NCBI GenBank assembly: GCA_040218735.1
Contig: JAVJQW010000067.1
Coordinates: 224,559 to 288,558 of the forward strand
Source of the DNA: Deltaproteobacteria bacterium
Lineage (GTDB): Bacteria > Myxococcota > Kuafuiibacteriia > Kuafuiibacteriales > Kuafuiibacteriaceae
DNA: 64,000 bases
Direction of reading: 5' to 3'
The position numbers and the translations under genes are program-made. Positions 48,839 through 57,715 of the stretch are shown here, piece after piece. Positions within the stretch are counted from its first letter, which is position 1; each line of letters opens with the position of its first letter. Under the pieces are notes generated by a model. It made no database searches. It saw only the letters and a program-made list of their open reading frames with translations, and was not told where the DNA came from.

Positions 48839-49921
48839 ATGTCGTCAGGGCTCGCCAACGTCATCCGGCTCGCCGGCGGACGCCGAAACCACGAAGACGC
48901 GACGACCGAGGTGTTCGCGGAGCTGCTGCGGAACGAACCCGCCGCGCTACGAGCGTTCGCCGGACTGCTTCGCAGTCACGACGTGGCATTCAACGTCGAG
49001 GACGGCGTGCGCGTGGAGACACAGGTCTCACGGCCCGACGAACTGAAGGGCGGTTCGGTGCGCGTCGACCTACTTCTCATCGCGGACGCCGCCCAGCAGT
49101 CCGTCGTCGTCGAGGTCAAGACCTTGTCCGGACTCTCGGGCGGGAGCGGTGACGGAGAGCAGCAACCCCAGAGGTACCAGCGAACCCACGACGGCCTTCC
49201 CGGTGAGGTACGCGTCGTCGTCCTCGCTCCGTTCCGCTTTCGCGGACTCGGCGACATCCCCCAACTGACCTGGCAGCAGGTCCGAGACGCGCTCGAACGA
49301 GTGCGAGACGAGAGCGTCTGGATCGACCGATTCATCGGCGCGCTCGAGGAGTTAAACTTGGCGACCGACATGACGATCCGCGGCGTCCTGGCCGTGGCCG
49401 AGTATCGAAAGTTCCGGACGAGTTTCAAACAGGCCCTCGACGCGGCTTGGCCGCCCCTCCTCGACGGACCGGCCAACGCGTTCTCACGTCGCGGGAAGAT
49501 GGTGTTCGCAGACGGGACGTACGACCGCACCGGCTACTACTTCGTCGTGGACGGCGGAGTCGCCGGAGCCTGCGCGTTCATCGGCATGTTCTACGGAGAC
49601 CGCGTTGCGAAGAAGGACGGCCCAGCGGTCCTCTACTTCTTCCTGGAGACCCCGCGAGGTAGTGAGGCGCAGAAGGCGCTCGACGAGCACCGCGAAGCGA
49701 TTCTGGCCGACGTCACGTCCCTGAACGCAAAGAGCGACGGCCGGACGTGGGGGTATCGACCGGGCGGCTACGAGTCGATCTACTGCACGACGAGCCTCCT
49801 CGACGCCGTGCGTTCCGACCAGCCAGCGGAGGCTGTGCGTGCGTTCTTCGCCCGTTGCTTCGAGGAGGCGGCGGAGTCGTCCCTGCTTCCGTCGTTCCTC
49901 GACGCGACACGATCGCCGTGA
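48839..49921 (+). CDS. PD-(D/E)xK nuclease family protein
   Basis: EDATTE..AELL, VETQ, RVDLLL..VVVEVK, QPQRY, LTWQQV; starts 11 nt after the helicase. Confidence 0.8.
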   Translation: MSSGLANVIRLAGGRRNHEDATTEVFAELLRNEPAALRAFAGLLRSHDVAFNVEDGVRVETQVSRPDELKGGSVRVDLLLIADAAQQSVVVEVKTLSGLSGGSGDGEQQPQRYQRTHDGLPGEVRVVVLAPFRFRGLGDIPQLTWQQVRDALERVRDESVWIDRFIGALEELNLATDMTIRGVLAVAEYRKFRTSFKQALDAAWPPLLDGPANAFSRRGKMVFADGTYDRTGYYFVVDGGVAGACAFIGMFYGDRVAKKDGPAVLYFFLETPRGSEAQKALDEHREAILADVTSLNAKSDGRTWGYRPGGYESIYCTTSLLDAVRSDQPAEAVRAFFARCFEEAAESSLLPSFLDATRSP

Positions 49922-50194
49922 GCAGCCCACGACAGCTTGGGACGACGAACGTCGTCGACGCGGCCTGGGCGAGGGCGTTTCGAGGCTCTCACCGCCGCCC
50001 AACCCCCTGCCCGAGGGTGCTCCGCGCCTCCGACGACCTCCACCCCACCCTTCGGCAGCCCCATCGCACCCACGCAGGACCTCCGATCCGCCTCCCCCAG
50101 CCCTCCTCGAGCCCCTCACCGCCTCCCGATACCCTCCCAGAGGGGGCGGCCCCGCACTCCACGCGCCCAAGCCGCCCCCCCCATAAGCCTCTCC

Positions 50195-51013
50195 TCACAT
50201 CACGCGGGGCGCCTCCACGTCCTCGTCCGCCGGCTGCGCCTCGGCCGACGCGTCCAGGTCCTCGATCGCCGCCTCCAACGCCCGGTCGCTCTGGCCCGGC
50301 CGCCTCGCGTCCGCGGCCTCCAGCGCCGCCTCCACGCCACCGAGGATCCGCGCGCGGTCCTCCGGCTCCAGCTCCGCCGACTCCGCGACTGCGACGAAAA
50401 GGCCGGCCGTGCGGACGAACGCGAGCATCGCCTCGTACGTGCCGACCGCGGCCGTGCTCGACTCCATCGCCGCGAGCAGCGCCACGCGGCGGCGGTCCAG
50501 CTCCACGAGCTTGCGCGCGAGCGCCACGCGCTCGTTGAAGAAGCCGAGCAACGTCCCGCCCGGGACGCGCAGCTCTCGGAGCGCCTTCTTCTGCGCGCTC
50601 GACAGACGCTTCTGCGCGCGCTCCGCCGCCCCGCCCTGCCGGCGCAACGTCCAGTTCACCACGCGGCGCCCTTCCGGGAGGAGCGTCTCGCGCAAGGACT
50701 CGAGCGTCGCCGACGTCGACTCCTTCGACGCCAACCGCGACAGCCCCGACAAGACGTCGTCGATGCCGCGCACGATCGTGTCGTGACGATCGTCGAGGTC
50801 GCGGATCTCCGACCGAACGTCGGCCAGCTCCTCGGGCAACGACGTCACCTCACGGCGACCCGCCATCAACAACGTGTCGTGCAGCGCGTCCAAGTCCGGT
50901 AGGAACGGCGACAGCTTCGCGTACTTCTCGATCGCCGGACGGTCGCGATTCGCGTCGACCCACGCTCCGACCAGCGTCACCATGGTTTCGATGGGAATGT
51001 CTCTCATTGCCAT
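50195..51013 (-). CDS. hypothetical alpha-helical protein
   Basis: ATG 51013; GC3-rich codon usage; no recognised motif. Confidence 0.65.
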   Translation of the reverse strand: MAMRDIPIETMVTLVGAWVDANRDRPAIEKYAKLSPFLPDLDALHDTLLMAGRREVTSLPEELADVRSEIRDLDDRHDTIVRGIDDVLSGLSRLASKESTSATLESLRETLLPEGRRVVNWTLRRQGGAAERAQKRLSSAQKKALRELRVPGGTLLGFFNERVALARKLVELDRRRVALLAAMESSTAAVGTYEAMLAFVRTAGLFVAVAESAELEPEDRARILGGVEAALEAADARRPGQSDRALEAAIEDLDASAEAQPADEDVEAPRVM

Positions 51014-51266
51014 GACCATCGATTGCCGCAGGCCACGCTCCGGCGACAACCGCTGACCCTGAGGCCACCGCACGTGATCTCGGTGAGTTGCGTCGGCGAC
51101 TGAGATGCGAACGAATTCCGGTCGCGGTGGGTGGCGGGCGCTCGGTGGGTTTCTCTCGGAGTTTGCGATGGGTTCTTGGCCCCGGGAGAACCTCAACGAA
51201 TTTCAGAGAGGTTTTTCGCAGCGGCCGACGACTCAGGGCGTGGACCGCGACGTGTATCATCACGGA

Positions 51267-51968
51267 GTGAAGCTCTCGCTGGGCGGACGGGCGCGCGACT
51301 TCGACGTCGTCTTCATGGACTGCGACGGCGTCCTCTTCGACTCGAACGCGATGAAGTCGGACGCCATCGCGGCGGCGGTCGCGGGCTATCCACCGGCCGA
51401 CGTGGCGCGCCTCGTCGAGCTCCACCAGGACCAGGGCGGCATCTCGCGGCACGCCAAGCTCCGGCGGTTCTTCACCGAGATCCACCCGGTCGACGACGTC
51501 GAAGCGGCGCTCGCCGAAGCCCTCGACAAGTTCGGCGCGCACTCGAAGCGCGCTTACGCTGCGCTCGACCCGATCCCCGCCGCCCTGGACTTCGTCGACG
51601 CGCTGCGTGGCTGCTCGGTCTACGTCGTCTCGGGAACCGACCAAGTGGAGCTGCGCGAAGTCTTCGCGACCAAGGGCCTGACGGAGAGATTCGCCGATGT
51701 GCTCGGGTCACCGACGACGAAGCCCGAGCACTTCCGGATCGTCCTCGACGCCGTGGGCGCGAGGGCGGAGCGCACCGTCATGCTCGGCGACGGCCGCGGA
51801 GACTTCGAAGCGGCGAGGGAGGTGGGGATGCCGTTTGTGTTCCTGGCGGCGTACTCGGACTGGGCGGGCGCGGGGGCGGCGCTGGAGGGCGAGCCGAACG
51901 TGTTCGTCGCGAGAGATTGGGCGGAGCTATCGTCGTGGCTCCCGGACGTCGGCACGGAGGCACGGTAG
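51267..51968 (+). CDS. HAD family hydrolase
   Basis: Motif I FMDCDGVLFDS, VVSG, K (TTKPE), MLGDGRGD. Confidence 0.9.
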   Translation: MKLSLGGRARDFDVVFMDCDGVLFDSNAMKSDAIAAAVAGYPPADVARLVELHQDQGGISRHAKLRRFFTEIHPVDDVEAALAEALDKFGAHSKRAYAALDPIPAALDFVDALRGCSVYVVSGTDQVELREVFATKGLTERFADVLGSPTTKPEHFRIVLDAVGARAERTVMLGDGRGDFEAAREVGMPFVFLAAYSDWAGAGAALEGEPNVFVARDWAELSSWLPDVGTEAR

Positions 51969-51978
51969 ATCTCTGGCG

Positions 51979-52295
51979 CTACGCCTCGTCCGGCTTAGGC
52001 CATCTCACGGTATCGACGGTGCGACCGGGGGGTCATAGTCGTCGAGCTGGCGGCTGACGTGGATCGCATTGCGTAAATCCAGGGCTCGGGTACTCGTGTC
52101 GTCCATGGGACTTCCTCGGGCTCCGCAGCTCTCCTGGAGATGGCATCGGATCCGCTCAACGAGTCTAGGGTCTCCGACAAAGCGGAGGTCGGTTCCAGGC
52201 CTCCGGGTCCTCAGTATCGAGCCACAGTGACGCCCTCATCGGCTCGGCGCCGGCCTCCAGTTCGTCGTCACGCTGCCTGACTCGTAGCGGATCAT
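51979..52295 (-). pseudogene. frameshifted tandem paralog of the 52299-52610 putative immunity gene
   Basis: Across at least 3 frameshifts reads MIRYE..DDELEAGAEPMRASLWLDTEDPE..RIRCHLQESCGARGSPMDD..AIHVSRQLDDYDP.RTVDTVRWPKPDEA*, collinear with the neighbour. Confidence 0.8.
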
Positions 52296-52298
52296 TCG

Positions 52299-52610
52299 TC
52301 ACGCCTCATCAGCCTCAGGCCAGACCACGGTGTCGATGGTTCGGCGGGGCTCGTAGTCATCGAGCTTGCGCCCAACGTGGATCGCATGGACGAGGTCCTC
52401 CGGCCGCGCTCGAATGTCGTTCATGCTCCCTCGCATCCCGTAGCTCTCTTGAAGAACGTCTCGGATACGAACGACGAGGTCGACGTCACCTTCGTAGAAG
52501 AAGTCGACAGACTCTTCCGGTCTGTCCGTGTCGAGCCACAGCGCCGCGGTCATGGGTTTCTGGCCGTCTTCGAGCTCGTCGGTCGGTTGAACGAATTCGT
52601 AGCGGATCAT
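52299..52610 (-). CDS. small acidic protein, putative immunity protein
   Basis: ATGA overlap with the upstream toxin-like gene; 103 aa, acidic; duplicated downstream. Confidence 0.7.
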   Translation of the reverse strand: MIRYEFVQPTDELEDGQKPMTAALWLDTDRPEESVDFFYEGDVDLVVRIRDVLQESYGMRGSMNDIRARPEDLVHAIHVGRKLDDYEPRRTIDTVVWPEADEA

Positions 52611-55534
52611 CGCATCACTCCGAGGAAGAAGAAGAAGTGTTCGGGGTCCTCGCGAAAGAGATCGAGCGCGACTTTTGGGTCGATGAACTTCTCCATCGCC
52701 ATGGAAGCCACCTCGCTCACAGGTACACCTTCGTACAGCTTGCCTACGTAGGCGTCTACGAAATGGTCCTCGAGGGCTCGCTCGCCTCGGTAGCCAGCCA
52801 GGCCGGTCAGCGTCGCGAGGTCTACCGGGTCCGTGCTACCGGCCGACTCGGCCCTCTGCCGCACCCACTCCACGCTCGCCTTCCCGATCGTCGGATCCTG
52901 GCTCTCGATGGAGTGCGCGAGCTCGTGAAACAACCGCCGCCGCTGCTCGACCTGGGGTTCGTTCACAAAATCCCGCCCCAGATCCACCGTCCTCTCCCCA
53001 TCCACATACCTCGCCCGCTCCGCCTTAACCTCGATCCTCAGCTCCCCAGGCGCCCGCGTCTTCGTCGTCAGCTGAAAGAAGTCCGCCAGCCACCCGCGCA
53101 GCGTCTCCTCCGACACGCCCCCCGCCTCCAACGCGCGCGCCGTCTCCTTCGCCATCCGCACCTCCCCCGCCATCCGCTCCGCCTCCCCGCGCGGCACGCC
53201 CGAGGCCTCCAGCGAATCCAAGAACCCGCGCATCACCTCCGCGCCCTCCTTCCGGCTCGCCACACGGCGCACGCGCAGGTCCGCGGCGATGCGCTTGTCC
53301 ACCGAGTCCAGCCGCGCTGACACCGTCTCGAAGCGCGCGACCAACGCCGTCTCCGCCTCCGTCCGCGCCCCCGCTTCCTTCGCGTGCGCGCGCCACATCT
53401 CGCCGTTCGCAGAGATCGAAGCCAGCTCCGCGCTCACCACCTCTCGCTCCCGCCGCAGCGCCGCCGACGGCTCGAAGATCCCGCGGATCCGCTCCAGCGC
53501 CCGACCCCCGAGCGACTCCGCCAACGCCTGACCTCGCGCGATCGCGCGCAGGTGCGCACGCGGGCTCGCCACGTCCGCTTCGCCCGACATCCCCAGCGTG
53601 TCCCGGTAACCCCGGCTCCGCAGCGCCTTCGCCGTCTCGACGCTCGGCCGATCCACCGAACCCGCCAACGCCTCGCGGTGCGCCCCCACATCGAACGGCC
53701 GCCGCAAGCGAGCTTGCATCCCCGCTTGCACGCCCCAGAACCCCAACGACAAGAACAACGACGCCCGCTGCGCCGGGGCCAGGCGATCCCAACGCGTCAA
53801 CAACGCATGCCCGGCGTCGAACGCCGCCGCCGCGTCGAAACCAAACGCCGCCGCGTTCGTCGCCGACGCCGTCGCGCGCGCCAACGCGTAACCCCGCGCG
53901 CCCGTCGCCGCGAACCGCGCCGCCGCCGCACCCGACACCAACGCCCCCACGCCGACCGCCCCCGCCGCGACCTCCAACCATGCCGCCCGCGCCGCCGCAT
54001 CCGATAGCGGATCGATCGACTGCCCGTGCACCCAACGATCCGACAGCGCCCCCGCCGACCGGCCCGCCTCCCACGCACCCGCCGCCATCGCCACCAAAGG
54101 CGCCGCCGTACCCCCTGAACCGACCAACGTCAGACCGCCCGCGACCAACCCACCGCCCATCGCCGCCGCATCCAACGCCTCCACCGCGAACTCACCCGCC
54201 GTGTCGACCGTGCGCGGCGTCGCCCTACTCTCGAGCGCCGCCCCCACGCGCCCGCCCGCCGGATACGTCACCAACCCCGGCGGCAACACGTTCGCCGACG
54301 ACCAATCCTCGAACGACGCATACGTCCGCCCCACGTCGTCCACGAACCGCGCCGACGCCCCCTCACCCACCCGGAACAACGACGTCTGGACCAACCCGAC
54401 GTCCGCCGAGCTCACCTGGATCGGCACCACCGTCACCCCCGACGACGATCCCCCCGCCGCCCGAATCGCCGCCGCCACCGGCTGGACGATCGAACGCGCC
54501 GGCTCCTCCGCGAAGTAGTCGAACCGCCCCTCGGCGGCCGCCGCCTCCGCCGCCGACGCGTCCCTCGGCGCCGCCGGCGTCACACCCAACGCAACCCCGA
54601 TCGTGTTCTCGAGATCCGTCCCCGCCAACACCACCGGCGCGTCGCCGCGGAGCGCCGCCACGTCCGCCGCACGGTCCACGAACGCCGCCTGCATCAACGC
54701 CGGATTCGTCCACGGCTCGGCGGGCAAGGCCGTCCACGCGCCCCTCCGCACCACGTCGAGCATCGACAACCGCGAACCCATCGCGCCACCGCGCGCAAAC
54801 ACCAGACGCCGCCCGCTCTTGCTCGCGAGCAACGTCGCCATCCGATCCCCACCGCCGATCGCCGACGCCAACGCCGCCGGTAGGTCACCGCGCACCGCGC
54901 GCGCATCGAACGTCGCGAACACCGTAGCCACCACCGCCACGTCCCCCGCCCGCTTCGCCTCGACCACCAACCGCACCGCCGCGTCGACGCGCGCACGCAC
55001 CGGGACGTCCGCGACGTCCGCGCGCACCGAACGACTCACCGCGAGGAGGCGCTTCGCATCGAGCCCCAACGCTCGTGTCAGCTCGACCGCCGCGTCGCGC
55101 CCCAGCCGAGCGAAGAACGCCGGCCCGGTGCCGGGTGCGATCGCCTTCGCCGCCGCCACCGCGAGCAGCGCCGCGCGCCCCGGCTCGCGCGCAACCATCG
55201 CCGCGCGCGCGAGGCCCTCCGCGATGAGGGGGCTCGCGTCGGCGTCCGCCTGCGCGTGACGCGCGAGGCGCAACACCGCGTACTTGTTCCCGGCGCTCGC
55301 CCAATCGCTCGCAACCGCCGCGACAAACGCCGCGCGGTGGGTGGCGGGGACGTCCGGGAGCGTCGCGAGCAACGCCTCCATCGTCGGCGCCTCGGCCGCG
55401 GGACTGAACGTCAACGAAGAGTCCGCAGGCCCCGCGACGTCGGCCGCGGGCATCCCGAGCTCGGAGCCGAGCGCGTTCGTGGAGAGGGTCGGGTTGAGTG
55501 AAGCGCGACGGCTGGCGTCGATCGGGAGGCCCAC
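52607..55534 (-). CDS. large toxin-like protein: Ala-rich helical N-terminus, DUF4781-like central domain, C-terminal zincin metallopeptidase
   Basis: FVDDVGRTYASFEDW..N.LP..VTYP and RS..LSDRW.HGQSI..AR.AWL (DUF4781-like); LFHELAHSIE..YVGKLY..EVASMAME; GTG 55534 (alternative ATG 55453). Confidence 0.75.
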   Translation of the reverse strand: MGLPIDASRRASLNPTLSTNALGSELGMPAADVAGPADSSLTFSPAAEAPTMEALLATLPDVPATHRAAFVAAVASDWASAGNKYAVLRLARHAQADADASPLIAEGLARAAMVAREPGRAALLAVAAAKAIAPGTGPAFFARLGRDAAVELTRALGLDAKRLLAVSRSVRADVADVPVRARVDAAVRLVVEAKRAGDVAVVATVFATFDARAVRGDLPAALASAIGGGDRMATLLASKSGRRLVFARGGAMGSRLSMLDVVRRGAWTALPAEPWTNPALMQAAFVDRAADVAALRGDAPVVLAGTDLENTIGVALGVTPAAPRDASAAEAAAAEGRFDYFAEEPARSIVQPVAAAIRAAGGSSSGVTVVPIQVSSADVGLVQTSLFRVGEGASARFVDDVGRTYASFEDWSSANVLPPGLVTYPAGGRVGAALESRATPRTVDTAGEFAVEALDAAAMGGGLVAGGLTLVGSGGTAAPLVAMAAGAWEAGRSAGALSDRWVHGQSIDPLSDAAARAAWLEVAAGAVGVGALVSGAAAARFAATGARGYALARATASATNAAAFGFDAAAAFDAGHALLTRWDRLAPAQRASLFLSLGFWGVQAGMQARLRRPFDVGAHREALAGSVDRPSVETAKALRSRGYRDTLGMSGEADVASPRAHLRAIARGQALAESLGGRALERIRGIFEPSAALRREREVVSAELASISANGEMWRAHAKEAGARTEAETALVARFETVSARLDSVDKRIAADLRVRRVASRKEGAEVMRGFLDSLEASGVPRGEAERMAGEVRMAKETARALEAGGVSEETLRGWLADFFQLTTKTRAPGELRIEVKAERARYVDGERTVDLGRDFVNEPQVEQRRRLFHELAHSIESQDPTIGKASVEWVRQRAESAGSTDPVDLATLTGLAGYRGERALEDHFVDAYVGKLYEGVPVSEVASMAMEKFIDPKVALDLFREDPEHFFFFLGVMR

Positions 55535-55546
55535 GCGGCACGCAGA

Positions 55547-55618
55547 TGCATCGCGGATGCCATACACGCCGCCGCTCGAGGACCCGTATTCGTCCGGAGA
55601 AAGTCCGGACGATGTCCG
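55547..55618 (-). promoter_or_regulatory. sigma-54-like promoter plus upstream TCGTCCG boxes
   Basis: Minus strand TGGCAT-CCGCG-ATGCA (55547-55562); TTCGTCCGG 55589-55597; GTCCG at 55592, 55603 and 55614. Confidence 0.6.
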
Positions 55619-55747
55619 CTCGTTCGAGCCACGCCGCCGAGCGCGGAATCGACAGAATCGGAGCCCACTCTGGAATCGGGCTGCTCCCCGTCCTGTTTCG
55701 ATGCCCCGGAAGCGCCAAGGTGGCGCTCCTTCACCCTGGAGGATCGA

Positions 55748-56503
55748 ATGTCCCGAAACCGCTACCGTTCTTTCACGATCGCCGCGAGCGCTGGCCTGCT
55801 GCTGAGCGCGTGCAGTCGCGGCACCCCCGAACCGTCTGCGACGGTCCCCGTGGGCATCGTCGAAGACGTCCTGACGAAGGAAGAGCAGTAGGCGATGACG
55901 CCGGACATGGTCATCCAATCGCTGAAGGAAGGAAACGAACGCTTCGTTCGCAACGACCTCACCGCGCGCGACCACTCGTCGCAGGTCCGCAGGAGCACGC
56001 ACGCGCAGTTTCCGAAGGCCATCGTCTTGTCGTGCGTCGACAGCCGCATCCCCGTCGAAGACGTCTTCGATCGAGGCATCGGCGACGTCTTCGTCGCTCG
56101 CGTCGCGGGCAACTTCGTGAACGAGGACATCCTCGGAAGCATGGAGTTCGCGACGAAGGTCTCCGGCTCCAAGCTGGTGCTCGTGATGGGCCACGAACAC
56201 TGCGGGGCGGTGAAAGCGGCGGTCGACGACGTGGAGCTCGGGAACATCACACCCATGCTCGCGAAGCTGAAGGCGGCCCGCGACGAAGTGAGCTACACGG
56301 GTGATCGGAGCTCGAAGAACCCGGAGTTCGTCCACCTCGTTTGCGAGCACAACGTCCAGAAGACGATCGACGAAATCCGAGCCTCGAGCCCCATCATGGC
56401 GGAGCTGGAGTCGAAGGGTGATCTCAAGATCGTCGGCGCCATCTACGACATGGATACGGGCCGCGTTTCGTTCCTGCCCGAGAACCCCGTCGCGAGTCGC
56501 TGA
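55748..56503 (+). CDS. beta-class carbonic anhydrase lipoprotein with in-frame TAG at 55889-55891
   Basis: SCVDSR, RVAGN, GHEHCGA; upstream in-frame ATG 55748 with lipobox LSAC, interrupted at ..TKEEQ*AMTPD..; catalytic ORF 55895-56503 intact. Confidence 0.88.
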
Positions 56504-56585
56504 GCGGGCTCCGCGGACGCGCACGCGAGGACTTTCGCGCGCCGGCCCTCTGGTGCTCACCACGGCCCTGCGCCACTATCCGCGC

Positions 56586-57491
56586 GTGCGACCCCTGCCC
56601 ATTGCCCTCAGCCTCGTTTGTGTCGCGAGCTCCGCGATGGCGGCGCAGCCCCCCGAGCGCAGCATCAGCTACACGAACCTCACCGCCGGACGGGTCAACC
56701 CGCTCGGGTTGATCGAGGTCTTCGAGCTCGGCTACCGGCTTCGGCTCTACGACAGCACCAACCCGCTCTTCGAGAACAACTTCGTCTCGTTCGCGCTGCG
56801 GCCCGCGCTGACGCCCGCGTGGGGGCGCCTCTCCGGCGTCCTTCGGATCCAGCCGCTGAGCATCCTGCAGCTGTGGGCCGAGTACGGCGCCGGCGGGCAC
56901 TTCGGGACGTTCGGGCTCATGCAGTCGTTCCCGACCGCGACGGCCGACGTCTCCGACACCGCGCTCGACGCACGCGAGGAGGCGGGCGTGAACTACGCCG
57001 CGACCGGGACGCAGATCGGGCTCGGCGTCCTCCTCCAGGCCAAGGTCGGTCCGATCGCCGCGCGTTCATCCGCGCGCTTCATCCGGCCGAACCACGATCT
57101 GCAGGACGGCGATACCGCGTACTACAACATCGTCTACGACATCGTGATCCCCGACCGCGCGTGGGCCGTGAACAAGGACACCGATCTGTTGTGGGTCAGC
57201 AAGTTCGGCCTCGTCGCCGGCGTGCGCTGGTCGCTCACCCACGCGTTCACACGCGAGACCGACTTCAGCCCCGACGAAGCGGGCCGCAACGCCCCGCTCC
57301 ACCGCGTCGGACCGCTGCTCGCCTACTCGTTCTGGGACGAGCCCGGCGCCGCGTTCAACAAACCCACCGCGCTCGTCGTCGCGAACTGGTGGCTCCAGCA
57401 CCCGAGCCGCACCGGACAGGACTCCTCGCAGGCCATCCCTTACCTGATCCTCGGCTTCACGTGCGAGGGAGATCTTTGGCAGGCGAACTGA
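56586..57491 (+). CDS. hypothetical secreted / outer membrane beta-rich protein
   Basis: GTG start with signal peptide ..VASSAMA; amphipathic strands. Confidence 0.7.
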   Translation: MRPLPIALSLVCVASSAMAAQPPERSISYTNLTAGRVNPLGLIEVFELGYRLRLYDSTNPLFENNFVSFALRPALTPAWGRLSGVLRIQPLSILQLWAEYGAGGHFGTFGLMQSFPTATADVSDTALDAREEAGVNYAATGTQIGLGVLLQAKVGPIAARSSARFIRPNHDLQDGDTAYYNIVYDIVIPDRAWAVNKDTDLLWVSKFGLVAGVRWSLTHAFTRETDFSPDEAGRNAPLHRVGPLLAYSFWDEPGAAFNKPTALVVANWWLQHPSRTGQDSSQAIPYLILGFTCEGDLWQAN

Positions 57492-57715
57492 GCATCGGGC
57501 GCACGAACCCACCGTGTTGTTCGCGGTTCCCCTCGCGCGCGAGACGCTGGCGAAACGTGCGGACGGACAGGTCGAAGAGATCGAGCGCAGTCTGCAGTCG
57601 TTCTGCCGGCGTCGTGTCGCGCTCGCCCACGACGTCGAGGATATCCCTTCGACAGGTAGAAGAGTCACGCCACGACCGTCGCGTCCGAATCCTACGACGG
57701 GTAGAACGAAGACCC

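Noticed and set aside
49930-50190. C-rich degenerate repeats between convergent genes
   Set aside because: No consistent unit or period could be defined; low-complexity spacer
55535-56563. 5' extension of the 1318-aa ORF
   Set aside because: Antisense to the carbonic anhydrase and crosses the predicted promoter
56618-57715. N-terminal extension making McrB 1174 aa
   Set aside because: Shadow frame over the 56586-57491 gene; McrB-like sequence starts at ATG 57716
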